Source of the DNA: an uncultured Alphaproteobacteria bacterium
GTDB taxonomy: Bacteria > Pseudomonadota > Alphaproteobacteria > ATCC43930 > CGMCC-115725
Length of the DNA: 64,000 nucleotides
Direction of reading: 5' to 3'
NCBI GenBank assembly: GCA_963821795.1
Contig: CAWGFH010000004.1
Location: forward strand, 175,629 to 239,628
Part shown: positions 29,264-39,447 of the stretch, in pieces
Numbering within the stretch: position 1 is the stretch's first letter
Layout of the letters: every line of letters starts with the position of its first letter
Translations under genes and position numbers: made by a program
Notes under the pieces: generated by a model
Database searches by the model: none
What the model was told of the DNA's origin: nothing
What the model saw: only the letters and a program-made list of their open reading frames with translations

Positions 29264-30436
29264 TCAGGCGCGCAGCGGTTCGAGTATGCTGACGAAATTG
29301 GCGACCGCGGCGCCGCCCATGTTCATCACCCCGGCGAGTGAGGCGCCCGGCACCTGAATGCCGCCGGCGCCGCCTGATACCTGCATCGCCGCCAGCACGT
29401 GCATCGATACGCCGGTAGCGCCGATCGGATGCCCCTTCGATTTGAGGCCGCCCGAGGGATTGACCGGCAATCTGCCATCCTTTTCGGTCCAGCCTTCGAG
29501 GATCGCCCGCGCCCCCCCGCCCTGCGGCGTCAGACCCATAGCCTCGTACTCGATCAGCTCGGCGATCGTGAAGCAATCGTGCGTTTCGACAAGATCGAGA
29601 TCATCGAGGCTCAGACGAGCTTCGGCCAGCGCCCGGCTGCCAGGCCAGTGCCGGACCTTCGAACGCGATCACGTCGCGCCGGCTCATCGGCAGAAAATCG
29701 TTGACCTGCTCGGCGGCGCGGAAAATCACCGCCTTCTTCAGGCTCAGCGCCGTCGCTGTGTCGGCCAGCACCACCGCCGCGGCGCCGTCGGACACCAGCG
29801 AGCAATCGGTGCGCTTCAGCGGGCCGGCGACGATCGGGTTCTTGTCGGACACGTCGCGGCAGAATTCATAGCCGAGGTCCTTCTGCATCTGCGCCAGCGG
29901 GTTGGCGACGCCGTTCTTGTGATTTTTTGCCGCGATCCGCGCCAGCGCGTCGGATTGGTCGCCATAGTGCTGGAAATAGCTCTGCGCGATCTGCCCGAAG
30001 ATGCCGGCAAAGCCGCCCTCGATCCGGTCCTCTTCCTTGCGGTAGCTGGCGCCGAGCAGGATATCGCCGACCTGCGCGCCCCGAGACCTCGGTCATCTTT
30101 TCGACACCGACGATGAGCACGAGGCGCGCTTTACCGGCCGCGATCGCATTCAGACCCTGGTGGATCGCCGCCGAGCCGGTGGCGCAGGCATCCTCGACCC
30201 GGGTCGCAGGCTTGAAGCGAAAGCCGGGATCGGCCTGAAACACCAGCGATGCGGGAAATTCCTGGCGCACGAAACCGCCGTTCATCGTGCCGAGATAGAC
30301 GGCGTCGATATCGGCCGCGGCAACTCCGGCATCGGCCAAGGCCGCCTCGCGTCACCTCGACAATCAGCTGCTCGATGTCTTTGCCTTCATGCCTGCCGAA
30401 TTTGCTGTGCGCCCAGCCGACGATGCATCCGCTCAT
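29264..30436 (-). pseudogene. Thiolase-fold protein (SCP-x/acetyl-CoA acetyltransferase-like) with 3 frame changes (about 30342-30346, C-run 30079-30082, 29632-29636)
   Basis: Four ORF pieces join into a continuous thiolase-like sequence: [14 protein letters not shown].. / [39 protein letters not shown] / [23 protein letters not shown].. / ..VETHDCFTIAELIEYEAMGL..NPSGGLKSKGHPIGATG.. Confidence 0.8.
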
Positions 30437-30505
30437 ACCGCCCTCCGAAATGGCCGGACCGCGGATCGCGCCAGGTGGCCATGGCACGCCCGCCTCCGCG
30501 GTTCT

Positions 30506-31594
30506 ATGCTGATATGGGTAAAGAAATGGCGGATAGAATGGACGAGATCACGCATCCGGCGTCCCGACGACTGGCACGTCCATTTGCGCGACGGCGCGAT
30601 GCTGGCGGCGGTGTTGCCCTACACCGCGCGGCAATTCGCCCGTGCCATCGTGATGCCGAACCTGGTGCCGCCGGTGCACCGATGTCGCGGCGGCGCGCGC
30701 CTATCGCGCCCGTATTATGGCAGTCCTCCCGGCGGGCGTGGCGTTTCACCCCGCTGATGACCTGCTATCTGATTGACACGACCGATCCGCGAGAGGTCGC
30801 GCGAGGGTACGAGCAAGGAGTGTTTGCCGCGGTCAAGCTCTACCCGGCGCATGCGACGACCAATTCCGCTTTTGGCGTCACCATCGTGGACCGTGTCATG
30901 CCGGTGTTCGAACGCATGGTTGATATCGGGATGCCGCTGCTAGTCCATGGCGAGGTCACCGACCCGCAAATCGATGTGTTTGACCGCGAGGCGGTGTTCA
31001 TCGACCGGGTGCTCGACCCGTTGCGCCGCCGACTCCCCGAATTGCGCATTGTGCTCGAGCACATCACCACCGCAAGAAGCCGTGGAATACGTCGCCTCGG
31101 CCGGCGCGAATTTGGCGGCGACGATTACCGCGCATCATCTGGTGATCAACCGCAACGCTATCTTCGCCGGCGGCATCCGTCCGCATCTCTATTGTCTGCC
31201 GATCGCCAAGCGCGAGAAGCACCGGCTGGCCCTGCGCCGGGCCGCGGTCTCCGGCGATCCACACTTTTTCCTCGGCACCGACAGCGCCCCGCATACGGCC
31301 CCGACCAAGGAGACGGCGTGCGGTTGTGCCGGGATCTTCACCGCCCCTTGCGCGCTGGAAATCTATACCGAGGTGTTCGAAGAAGAAGGCGCGCTCGACC
31401 GGCTCGAAGCCTTCGCCGCACTGAACGGCTCTGCTTTCTACCGCCTCCCTCCCAACAACGGCCGCATCGCTTTGCGGCGCAAGTCTTTTGCGATTCCCGA
31501 GGTCATCGGCGAGGGCGAAACTGCCATCGTCCCGTTCCGCGGCGGCGAAACTCTGCGCTGGCGCCTCCTCCAACCGGAGGAACGGCAGACATGA
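30506..31594 (+). pseudogene. pyrC: Dihydroorotase (class II, PyrC type) with 3 frame changes (30677, C-run 30749-30752, about 31070)
   Basis: Close to E. coli PyrC along its whole length, across three frames: [25 protein letters not shown] / [15 protein letters not shown] / [37 protein letters not shown] / [33 protein letters not shown]... The start codon is uncertain. Confidence 0.85.
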
Positions 31595-32398
31595 CCGCGC
31601 CCGCGACTGCGTCATCGGTCAGTTTGCCGCTGATACGCAGGCTCGTGCAGCTAGTCGATCTCTCTCCCGAAGAAGTTACGATATTGGAGGGCCTCCAATC
31701 GAACACCCGATTGGTCCGGCGCAATCGCGAAATCGTCACGCAAGGACGGAGATACGACACACTTTTCGTGATGGTCGACGGCATTTCGATCCGTCATCGG
31801 GTCCTCCGCGATGGCCGGCGCCAGATCTTGAACATCGCGCTTCCCGGGGATTTTATCGGCTTTCCGGCATGCTTTTTCGAGCGCGCGCTGTACCCGATCA
31901 GTGCGTTGACCGATGTCGTCGTCGCGCCGATATCCTTTGCCGTGCTGATCAGCCTGTTTGAGAGGCACCCACATCTTGCCGCCGCAATCTTTTGGTCGTT
32001 CTCTTCCGAGGCCGCGATTTATTCCGAACGTCTGACCGATATCGGGAGACGAACGGCGTTGGAACGCATCGCTCATTTCTTGCCTCGAGCTTCTTACTCG
32101 GTTCCAAATCATCGGCTTGGCCGACGAGTGTTCATTCCCGATGCCCCTCACTCAGGAACTCCTGGGCGATGCGCTGAGCCTCAGCCTTCCCCACGTCAAC
32201 CGCACGCTGCGCCAATTGCGCGAGGACGGGCTGGTCAGCATCGAGGCGCACCATGTGATCATACGGGATATTGAAGCTCTCACGGCGCTGGGCGATTTCG
32301 AGAAATCATATCTCAGTCGATTCCGGATGCCCGATCTGTTTGCTCTCGGAAGGATTGCGACCTACTCGAATTCGCGTCCAGGACCGATTGGCTCGTAG
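31591..32398 (+). pseudogene. Crp/Fnr-family transcriptional regulator, frame broken once (extra C at 32083-32084)
   Basis: ATG at 31591 overlaps the pyrC stop. The cNMP-binding-like part lies in the frame of ORF 30160. ..ALERIAHFL continues as [52 protein letters not shown] (HTH) in ORF 32117. Length is 808 nt (3n+1). Confidence 0.8.
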
Positions 32399-32399
32399 G

Positions 32400-32621
32400 T
32401 CACGGGCTAGAAATAATCGCACCTGAGGAAACAGGACCGGCCGGTCTTGGCGGCGATACTTTTATCCCGATAAAGAAGGTCACATTCAAAATAATCAATC
32501 CGATCGCGAGTACCAGGAGATAGGGGTTGACCCGATAAGCCACACGATCGAGACGCCGCACGAGCCGCGCGCTGGAATACTGCATGCGCGGAATAAATTG
32601 CCGCCTCATAGCTTCGAGCAC
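32400..32621 (-). CDS. Possible small membrane protein (73 aa), hypothetical
   Basis: One clear hydrophobic helix (YLLVLAIGLIILNVTFFIGI). Lies 45 nt downstream of the MFS gene on the same strand and has lower G+C than its surroundings. No homology was recognised. Confidence 0.3.
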   Translation of the reverse strand: MLEAMRRQFIPRMQYSSARLVRRLDRVAYRVNPYLLVLAIGLIILNVTFFIGIKVSPPRPAGPVSSGAIISSP

Positions 32622-32666
32622 TTCCGGTTCATGGTCTCGACTTGCCTGGGACGCCCGTGAAAGGCG

Positions 32667-34073
32667 TCAAGCGAGTTCCGGCAGCACTTCGGTAAAAGTT
32701 TCGAGGTTACCCAGGGTCTCTCGCCCAAGCGCGAACGGAATACAGGCCCCGATCACGACCATGACGATCATCGTGCCGAAGAAGATCGTCGGCGAGCCGG
32801 TGTGCTCGACCATGACATAAGGCACGATCACCCCGGCAAAGATCCGCCCGAATGATTCGCCGAAAAAGTGTCCCCGTCCGCGCAGCGCCGTCGGAAACTG
32901 CTCGGAGAGATACATCCGTACCGCCGGGAAGATCGACAGAGTGGTGAAGCCGGTGATCATCGCTCCGATGCTGAAGACGATGGTCGCGGCCGAACCGGTG
33001 CGATGCGCCGCCACCATCAGCAACAGACCGGGTATCGACATCAGGAACGCGCCGGTAATGGTCCACCGCCGGCCGATAATCTCCATGATGAAGCCATTGA
33101 AGAGCTTGCCCGGAATACTGGCCGCGAACACCAGCGAGCTCAACCCGAAGCTCAAGGCGACGGCGGCGCCCTGACTGACCAGCGCTTTCGGCAGCAGGAT
33201 GGCAATCAGGTAATAGACGGTGCCGGCGCAAATGCCGCATAGAATGCCGGTCGCGGTCCAGCGGAACTGGCCCGGGGCAAACAATTTCCAGAACGACGGA
33301 AGTTGCTCTTCCATCCTTTCGCCTCTGGTCCCGAGATCCGCGATCGTCATCGGCGTCACCCGGCTGCCGCAGCGCCTGATAATTAGGTTCACGTTGTCGA
33401 CCGCGTCCTGGACGCGGCCTCTGCGCAGCAGCCAGCGCGGGCTCTCCGGGATCAGGTAATAGATCAGCAACGGGGCGACAAACAGGGTGACCCCGCCCGG
33501 CAGCCCGACCAACTGGAAGCCCCTCGGGTGATCGGCCAGCACAAAGCCGACAAAGGGCAGCAAGGTGAATGCTATTGCGAGCATTGTCTCGTAGATCGCG
33601 GCATAAGTGCGCCGATGCTGTGCCGGCATCAGTTCGGCGGCGATCGGAAACGGAGCCGAGATCGTGAAGCCGAGGAAGAAACCGGTAATCAGCCGCAAGA
33701 CGAACAATTGCTCGAAGCTGTGCACCAGCAGGATCAGCAGCGTGCACAAAGTGCTGAGAATGACTCCGACCTGCATGACCGCCAGACGGCTGATGCGGTC
33801 GGACATTGCCGCTGCGGCAAAGCCTCCGATGACGACGAGGAAGGTCGGCCAAGTGGCGAGCGCGCGGACCGCGTCGGCGCTCATATGCAGGGGCGCTTTG
33901 GCAAGCACCAGCAGCGAGCCGGTCAATGCCAGGTCGTAGCCCTCGATGAAGCCGACGAACCCGAGCACCAGGATGACCACGACGTGATATGCGCCGAACG
34001 GTACGCTGTCGAGCTTGCGTCCGAGCACATGGCTCGGCGGTATCGAGCGATCGGGGAGAGGCATGGTCGTCAT
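32667..34073 (-). CDS. MFS transporter (sugar-porter / aromatic-acid type), intact
   Basis: 468 aa from ATG 34073, 12-TM pattern, with MSDRISRL-type loop motifs and ESPRWLLRRGR after TM6. Confidence 0.8.
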   Translation of the reverse strand: MTTMPLPDRSIPPSHVLGRKLDSVPFGAYHVVVILVLGFVGFIEGYDLALTGSLLVLAKAPLHMSADAVRALATWPTFLVVIGGFAAAAMSDRISRLAVMQVGVILSTLCTLLILLVHSFEQLFVLRLITGFFLGFTISAPFPIAAELMPAQHRRTYAAIYETMLAIAFTLLPFVGFVLADHPRGFQLVGLPGGVTLFVAPLLIYYLIPESPRWLLRRGRVQDAVDNVNLIIRRCGSRVTPMTIADLGTRGERMEEQLPSFWKLFAPGQFRWTATGILCGICAGTVYYLIAILLPKALVSQGAAVALSFGLSSLVFAASIPGKLFNGFIMEIIGRRWTITGAFLMSIPGLLLMVAAHRTGSAATIVFSIGAMITGFTTLSIFPAVRMYLSEQFPTALRGRGHFFGESFGRIFAGVIVPYVMVEHTGSPTIFFGTMIVMVVIGACIPFALGRETLGNLETFTEVLPELA

Positions 34074-34354
34074 CGCCGTTTCCTCCGCTTGGGCGGCGCA
34101 ACCCCACGGCGCTGCGATGCAGCTTAGCGTCCAGGGGTTTTCGAAGCGTGCTCGCTCGACCGCCACACTTTAGAGACAGTGCCAATTAAGCGATTAACAG
34201 TTGTTGGCTGCGGGCGTCTTTAATCTAACTTTATGATCCAGATTAAGTGAGAACTCCGCGGGTCCGGCGAATAATCGCCGGTAGGTCGATTGCTAACGAA
34301 CTCGAATGCAAGCCATCACCAACCCGCAATCTGTCAGCGCCAGCCTAACCCGCT

Positions 34355-35433
34355 ATGTTAGCTGACCAGTTCCCCGACGGACGCTATTTCTCTGCGCGAG
34401 CCCGGGTCGTCGCCGCTCTTCCAGCCAACAGCTTTGCTTGTGTCATGGCGACCGGCATCGTCTCGATTGCTGCCGGGTTTCTGGGCTTTGCGGGAATTGC
34501 CTCGGTCCTGCTGGTGGTCAATGCGATCGCTTTCCTGCTGCTGTGGGCGCTGACGCTTCTCCGCGGGTCTACTACGGCTCGGCTCTGATTGCCGATCTCA
34601 GTGACCATCGACGAGGACCGGGGGCGATGACGGTTGTCGCCGGAACGAACGTGCTGGGCGAGCAGATCGCGCTGCTGACTTCGCATCAAGGTCTTCCTGT
34701 CATTCTGTGGCTGTTGGGTTTGGCGCTCTGGATCGGGCTTGTCTATTTTCTCTTCGTCGCGTTTGCTGCCCAGTCGGCAAAGCCTGCGCTTTCGGCCGGA
34801 TTGGACGGCACGTGGCTGTTGGTCGTGGTCGCCCCCGAATCTTCCGCAATCCTTGGAGCGCAGATCGCGCGAGGCTTTTGGTCGCCGGAGTTCGTTATTT
34901 TCTTGAGCCTGTCGTTATGTCTATTAGGCAGCGCGTTCTATTTGATAATCATAACGCTTATTTTATACCGCTGGCTGTTCGAACCGATGGCGCCCAGCGA
35001 GTTTACACCGGGCTACTGGATCAATATGGGCGCGGCCGCGATCACCGCCCTTGCCGCAATGCGACTTTCGGCGGCGATTGTCTCCGACCCGGCGCTCGTG
35101 CGCATCGGCGGCTACCTGCTGGGGGTGTCCCTGTTGTTCTGGTCGGTTGCCAGCTGGTGGATCCCATTATTGGCAATGCTTATGGTATGGCGGCACGTCA
35201 TCAGCCGTCTCCGATTGGTCTATCAGTTCGATTATTGGTCGCTGGTATTTCCGTTCGGCATGTACACGGCGGCGACTCTGAGCCTGGCGCGGTCGGTCGA
35301 CGCCGGGTTCCTGGTTGTCCTTTCACGCTTCTTCTTTTGGGCCGCAGTCGTCGCTTGGTGTCTCACCGCTTTCGGAATGGCGCGGCGCCTTATCGGCGTT
35401 GGCGTCGCTCGGCAGAAAAACCGCCGAGCATGA
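34355..35433 (+). pseudogene. TDT-family (TehA/Mae1-type tellurite-resistance/dicarboxylate) transporter, frame broken once (missing G in G-run 34565-34567)
   Basis: ORF 34355-34588 (..FACVMATGIVSIAAGFLG..LLWALTLLR) continues in ORF 34438-35433 as VYYGSALIADLSDHRRGPGAMTVVAGTNVLG..YWINMGAAAIT... Length is 1079 nt (3n-1). Confidence 0.75.
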
Positions 35434-35529
35434 GGTTTTGTCGTCGATCGCCGGCAACGCCGCCTTTGCAACGGATTGGGGGCAGGGTACACCCATTTCA
35501 GCCGACGCGGAGCAGGGCAGGAGCAACAG

Positions 35530-37008
35530 ATGCGGACCGGGGCGGAGTATCGCGAGGCGCTGCGCGACGGGCGCCGCGTCTGGATCATGGGTGCAGGCGC
35601 TGTTGACGACGTGACCACGCATCCCGCGACCCGTGCGATGGTCGACGAATACGTCGCCTGGTACGATTTGCTCCGCGACCCTGCCTGGCACGAGACTGCG
35701 CTGCGGCCGTCCGACCAGACGCCCTGGGCCTATGTCGCGCCAAAAAGTGCCGACGACCTCGGAGGCATGGGACGGTTCTTCGCCGCCACGACCTTCCTCT
35801 CCGCCGGGAACATCACGCATACCCCGTGCTATGGCCACATGATTGCGCTCGGCATTCTCGCTTCGGCGCAGGAGCGCGGCGTCTCGCCGGAGCAGATCGC
35901 CAACGCCGCCCGCTATCGCAAGATGATCGCCGAGACCGGACGGTTCTTGACCTTCTGCGGCGGCGCCCCGACGATCGGCTACCGCATGCGCGAGGATCCC
36001 GCCGAGCGCGCGGCGCTAAAGATCATACGCGAGACCGATGCCGGGATCGTCGTCAAGGGCAAGATCGGCATGCATACGAGCCCGGCCTATGCAGAAGACG
36101 TGTATGTCGGCAGTGTTTCCGGCCTCAAGATCGGCGAGCACTTCGTAACCTTTGTCGTGCCGGTCGCGGCTCCCGGGGTGACCACGCTGTGCCGCAAGGT
36201 CGCGGTTCGCGATCCGAACCCGTTCGTAGCCCCGTTGAGTAGCCGCTTCGATGAACTAGACGGCCAGATGTGGCTCGACGACGTGTTCATCCCATGGGAG
36301 AAAGTCTTTCTGCTCGGGCAATCCCCCGAGCCGGTCGTGCGCTGGCTGATCTGGCACCACGTTTACGGCTGGCTGTCCAAGGCGGAGTTTACTCTCGGGC
36401 TGGCGCTGGCCTTGACCCACGCAATGGGGCTCGCCGGGCACGAGCAGACGATCGACTATCTGGTCGACCTGATCATCGAGGTGCAGACGGTCCGCAGCTG
36501 TCTGACAGCCTGCGAGCGCGATCCGCGGTTCACGACCGACGGCTGGTGCGTCCCCGATCATGCCCATCTCGCTGCCGGGGGCCTTGCGATTCTGCGGGCG
36601 CGACCACGCATGGCCGAGATATTGCGCATTGTTCCCGGCTCGTCACTGGTCGTGGCGCCGTCGGACAGCGACCTGGCTGCTCCCGAGGTCGCGGCGGGTC
36701 TCGAGGATTCGTTCGGCGGGGGTGGCTACAGCGCAGTGCAGCGTGCAGCGCTGTTGCAGATGGCTTGGGACCATGTCTCATCGGCGCTCGACGGGCGCGA
36801 ATCGGCGTTTGAATTGCACGCCAGCGGCGGCGTTCCGGCCTGGCGCGGCCGCCTGCGCCACAATTTCCCCGACTACAGCGACCTCGCCAATCGCGTCGCC
36901 CGCTCACTCGGAATCCCGATGCCCGAAATCGATCTCGACCATATCCGCGAGGTCCCGTGGGCCCCCCGCCGCCCGGTAACGCTGCCGGTGGCAGGGGGCA
37001 AGGTTTAG
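35530..37008 (+). CDS. 4-hydroxyphenylacetate 3-monooxygenase oxygenase-component family (HpaB-like)
   Basis: 492 aa from ATG 35530. N-terminus MRTGAEYREALRDGRRVWIMG and overall length are typical of the HpaB family. Confidence 0.75.
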   Translation: MRTGAEYREALRDGRRVWIMGAGAVDDVTTHPATRAMVDEYVAWYDLLRDPAWHETALRPSDQTPWAYVAPKSADDLGGMGRFFAATTFLSAGNITHTPCYGHMIALGILASAQERGVSPEQIANAARYRKMIAETGRFLTFCGGAPTIGYRMREDPAERAALKIIRETDAGIVVKGKIGMHTSPAYAEDVYVGSVSGLKIGEHFVTFVVPVAAPGVTTLCRKVAVRDPNPFVAPLSSRFDELDGQMWLDDVFIPWEKVFLLGQSPEPVVRWLIWHHVYGWLSKAEFTLGLALALTHAMGLAGHEQTIDYLVDLIIEVQTVRSCLTACERDPRFTTDGWCVPDHAHLAAGGLAILRARPRMAEILRIVPGSSLVVAPSDSDLAAPEVAAGLEDSFGGGGYSAVQRAALLQMAWDHVSSALDGRESAFELHASGGVPAWRGRLRHNFPDYSDLANRVARSLGIPMPEIDLDHIREVPWAPRRPVTLPVAGGKV

Positions 37009-37066
37009 TCTAATTTTACTGTAGTGTGGCCGGCGATCTCAGTATCACGAAGAGGGGACAAGAACC

Positions 37067-37927
37067 ATGTGCTGGAGAAGCGGTAAACGGGTTTGTGCAG
37101 CGACCCTAGCGGTGCTCGGGATCATGGCCGGTGCGGCATCGGCGGCAACCCTCGACCAAATAGCTCAGAACAAATCTGTTCGGATCGCCTATCGCGATGA
37201 TGCGCCGCCCTTCTCCTACAAGGGAAAGGGTGGGCAGCCTGCCGGCTACATGATCGACCTGTGCGGCGCGGTCGTAAAGAAACTTGCGGAGCAGTTGAAA
37301 CTCCCGTCGCTGAGCGTGGTCTACGTTCCGGTCACGGCATCCGACCGGTTTGACGCGATTGCACAAGGCAAGGCCGACCTCCTGTGCGAGCCCACGACCC
37401 AGACGCTGGCGCGGCGCGACCAGGTCGATTTTTCGATCCCGACCTTTGTCGATGGCGCCGGGCTGATGATCCGCACCGATGGGCCGCATAGCTTGGCCGC
37501 CTTGGAGGGCAAGAAAATCGGCGTGCTCGCCGGTACGACAACCGAGCAGGAATTGCGCAACTCGCTGAAGGACGCAGGAATCTCCGCCGAGGTGATGCCC
37601 GCCAACACTCACGAGGAGGGGCTGGCGATGTTGGACGACGGCAAGATTTCGGCCTATTTTGCCGATCGCGCGATTCTGGTGTTTCTCGCGCAGCAAAGCG
37701 CGGCCCCGCGCAAATTGCTGCTGGCCGACAATTACCTGACGATCGAGCCCTACGCCCTGGCACTGCCGCGTGGCGACGAGAACTTCCGTCTGGCCGTCGA
37801 CCGGGCGCTGAGCCACATCTACCGCTCTGGTGAGATCGCCCAGATTTTCAGCAATACCTTTGGCGCAAAGGCTAAACCCAGCCAGATCGTGCAAACGCTC
37901 TACCTGATCGCGGGTCTGCCTGACTAG
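37067..37927 (+). CDS. Amino-acid ABC transporter substrate-binding protein (family 3), orphan
   Basis: 286 aa with a signal peptide, then VRIAYRDDAPPFSY..GYMIDLC..DLLCEPTT... No permease or ATPase gene is adjacent. Confidence 0.75.
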   Translation: MCWRSGKRVCAATLAVLGIMAGAASAATLDQIAQNKSVRIAYRDDAPPFSYKGKGGQPAGYMIDLCGAVVKKLAEQLKLPSLSVVYVPVTASDRFDAIAQGKADLLCEPTTQTLARRDQVDFSIPTFVDGAGLMIRTDGPHSLAALEGKKIGVLAGTTTEQELRNSLKDAGISAEVMPANTHEEGLAMLDDGKISAYFADRAILVFLAQQSAAPRKLLLADNYLTIEPYALALPRGDENFRLAVDRALSHIYRSGEIAQIFSNTFGAKAKPSQIVQTLYLIAGLPD

Positions 37928-38149
37928 AAGCTCAAATAAGGAGCGGTCCGCGAACGCTTACACCGTTCTTCGCTAGCGTTCGGTCTCGGCGGCCGACGAC
38001 AATAACTTGATAAGGTTAGCGCCCTGCCTTCGTTTGAGCCAGGCGACCATGTTGCCAGGAGATCGCCCGGTGTCCGGCAAGCCTGTGGTCAGCCAAGCCG
38101 GGCTGCCTGTAGACTTGGCTCAACGGCCGCAACCAACCGGAGGGAGGGC

Positions 38150-38659
38150 ATGGCGCTGCAAGTCAGACGGATCGTCACCGGGCACGACGCGAACGGCAAG
38201 GCGATCGTCACTACGGATGAGCGGCTCGCTGCGGTGCCGAGGCTCAATCGTCCGCACATCTCGGGCTGCGAGATCTGGTCGACCGACAATATGCCAGTCG
38301 ACAATTCGGCCGCAGCCGATGCGCCGCAGCGCGCGGGTTTCGTCAAGCGCTATAATTATGTCGGCACCGGCCAGGGCACGGTGATCCGGGTCACCGAATT
38401 CGCCCCCGGCGCGCCGAAATTCATGCACCGCACCGAGACCGTCGACTATGCGATCCTGCTGTCGGGCGAATGCGACCTTGAATTCGACAGCGGCGAGACC
38501 GTGCATATGAAACAGGGCGACATTGTTGTTCAGCGCGGCACGATGCATGCCTGGGTCAACAACGGCTCGGTGCCGGCGGTCTTCGCCTTCATCCTGATCG
38601 ACGCCAAGCCGGCCGAAGTGAACGGCGAGGCGCTCCACACGCACTATCCCGCGCCATGA
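38150..38659 (+). CDS. Cupin-domain protein
   Basis: 169 aa with MHRTETVDYAILLSGECDLEFDSGETVHMKQGDIVVQRGTMHAWVN (double-stranded beta-helix motifs). Confidence 0.7.
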   Translation: MALQVRRIVTGHDANGKAIVTTDERLAAVPRLNRPHISGCEIWSTDNMPVDNSAAADAPQRAGFVKRYNYVGTGQGTVIRVTEFAPGAPKFMHRTETVDYAILLSGECDLEFDSGETVHMKQGDIVVQRGTMHAWVNNGSVPAVFAFILIDAKPAEVNGEALHTHYPAP

Positions 38660-39435
38660 CCGCGCGCACGATCGCCATTGCCGGCACGAGCCTCGAACTC
38701 GTCGAACGTGGCTCCGGCCGGACGTTGCTGTTCCTGCACGGCGGTGACGGGCTGATGCCGGAGAAGCCGTGGTTTGACCTGCTCGCGGAGCGGTATCGGG
38801 TGATCGCACCGAGCCATCCGGGCTGGGGCAATTCCCCGCTGATCGACGGGGTCGGCTCGGTCGACGATCTCGCCTATCTCTATCTCGACCTCGCCGCCGA
38901 GTTGGACTTGAAGGATGCGGTATTGGTCGGGGCGTGCTTTGGCGGCTGGGTCGCGGCCGAACTCATGGTGCGGTCGAACGCGCGCTTTTCCCGCCTCGTT
39001 CTGGTCGATCCGCTCGGCGTTAAATTCGGTGATCGTCAGGCGCGCGACATCGCCGACATGCACGCGATGACCCGTGAAGAATATCTGCGGCACGCCTGGG
39101 CCGACCCGGCCAAAGGCGACACCGACTTCACGCAGTTGGCGGAAAGCGAGCTCGCCGCCATCGTGCGCGGCCGCGAGGCCTTCGCTCTTTATGGCTGGAA
39201 GCCTTACATGCACAATCCGCGGCTCAAGCGCTGGCTGCACCGGATCGACCGGCCGACCCTGCTGCTGTGGGGTAGCGAAGACCGGATCGTCACCCCCGCT
39301 TATGGCGAGCGCTGGGCTCACGAGATTCGGGGGGCCAAATTCGAGGTGATCGCGAATGCGGGTCATTTCCCGCACTGGGAACAGCCAGAAGTTTTTGTCG
39401 ACAAGCTGGCTGCCTTCGTCGACGCCAATCAGTGA
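38656..39435 (+). CDS. Alpha/beta-fold hydrolase
   Basis: 259 aa: LLFLHGG.., nucleophile elbow VGACFGG, C-terminal GHFPHWEQPE. Its start overlaps the cupin stop (ATGA). Confidence 0.8.
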   Translation: MTARTIAIAGTSLELVERGSGRTLLFLHGGDGLMPEKPWFDLLAERYRVIAPSHPGWGNSPLIDGVGSVDDLAYLYLDLAAELDLKDAVLVGACFGGWVAAELMVRSNARFSRLVLVDPLGVKFGDRQARDIADMHAMTREEYLRHAWADPAKGDTDFTQLAESELAAIVRGREAFALYGWKPYMHNPRLKRWLHRIDRPTLLLWGSEDRIVTPAYGERWAHEIRGAKFEVIANAGHFPHWEQPEVFVDKLAAFVDANQ

Positions 39436-39447
39436 CGGGAGAGCGCT

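Noticed and set aside
30160-32274. 704-aa ORF, the third-longest ORF in the six-frame track
   Set aside because: It is a chimera. Its N-terminal third is antisense or out-of-frame Arg/Pro-rich read-through. Its middle is the central part of frame-shifted pyrC, and its end is the N-terminal two thirds of the crp/fnr gene. The absence of stop codons is a high-GC artefact.
32707-34185. 492-aa ORF on the same strand as the MFS transporter
   Set aside because: It is an alternative frame of the real MFS gene (32667-34073). The translation is Arg/Gly/Pro-rich with no hydrophobic periodicity.
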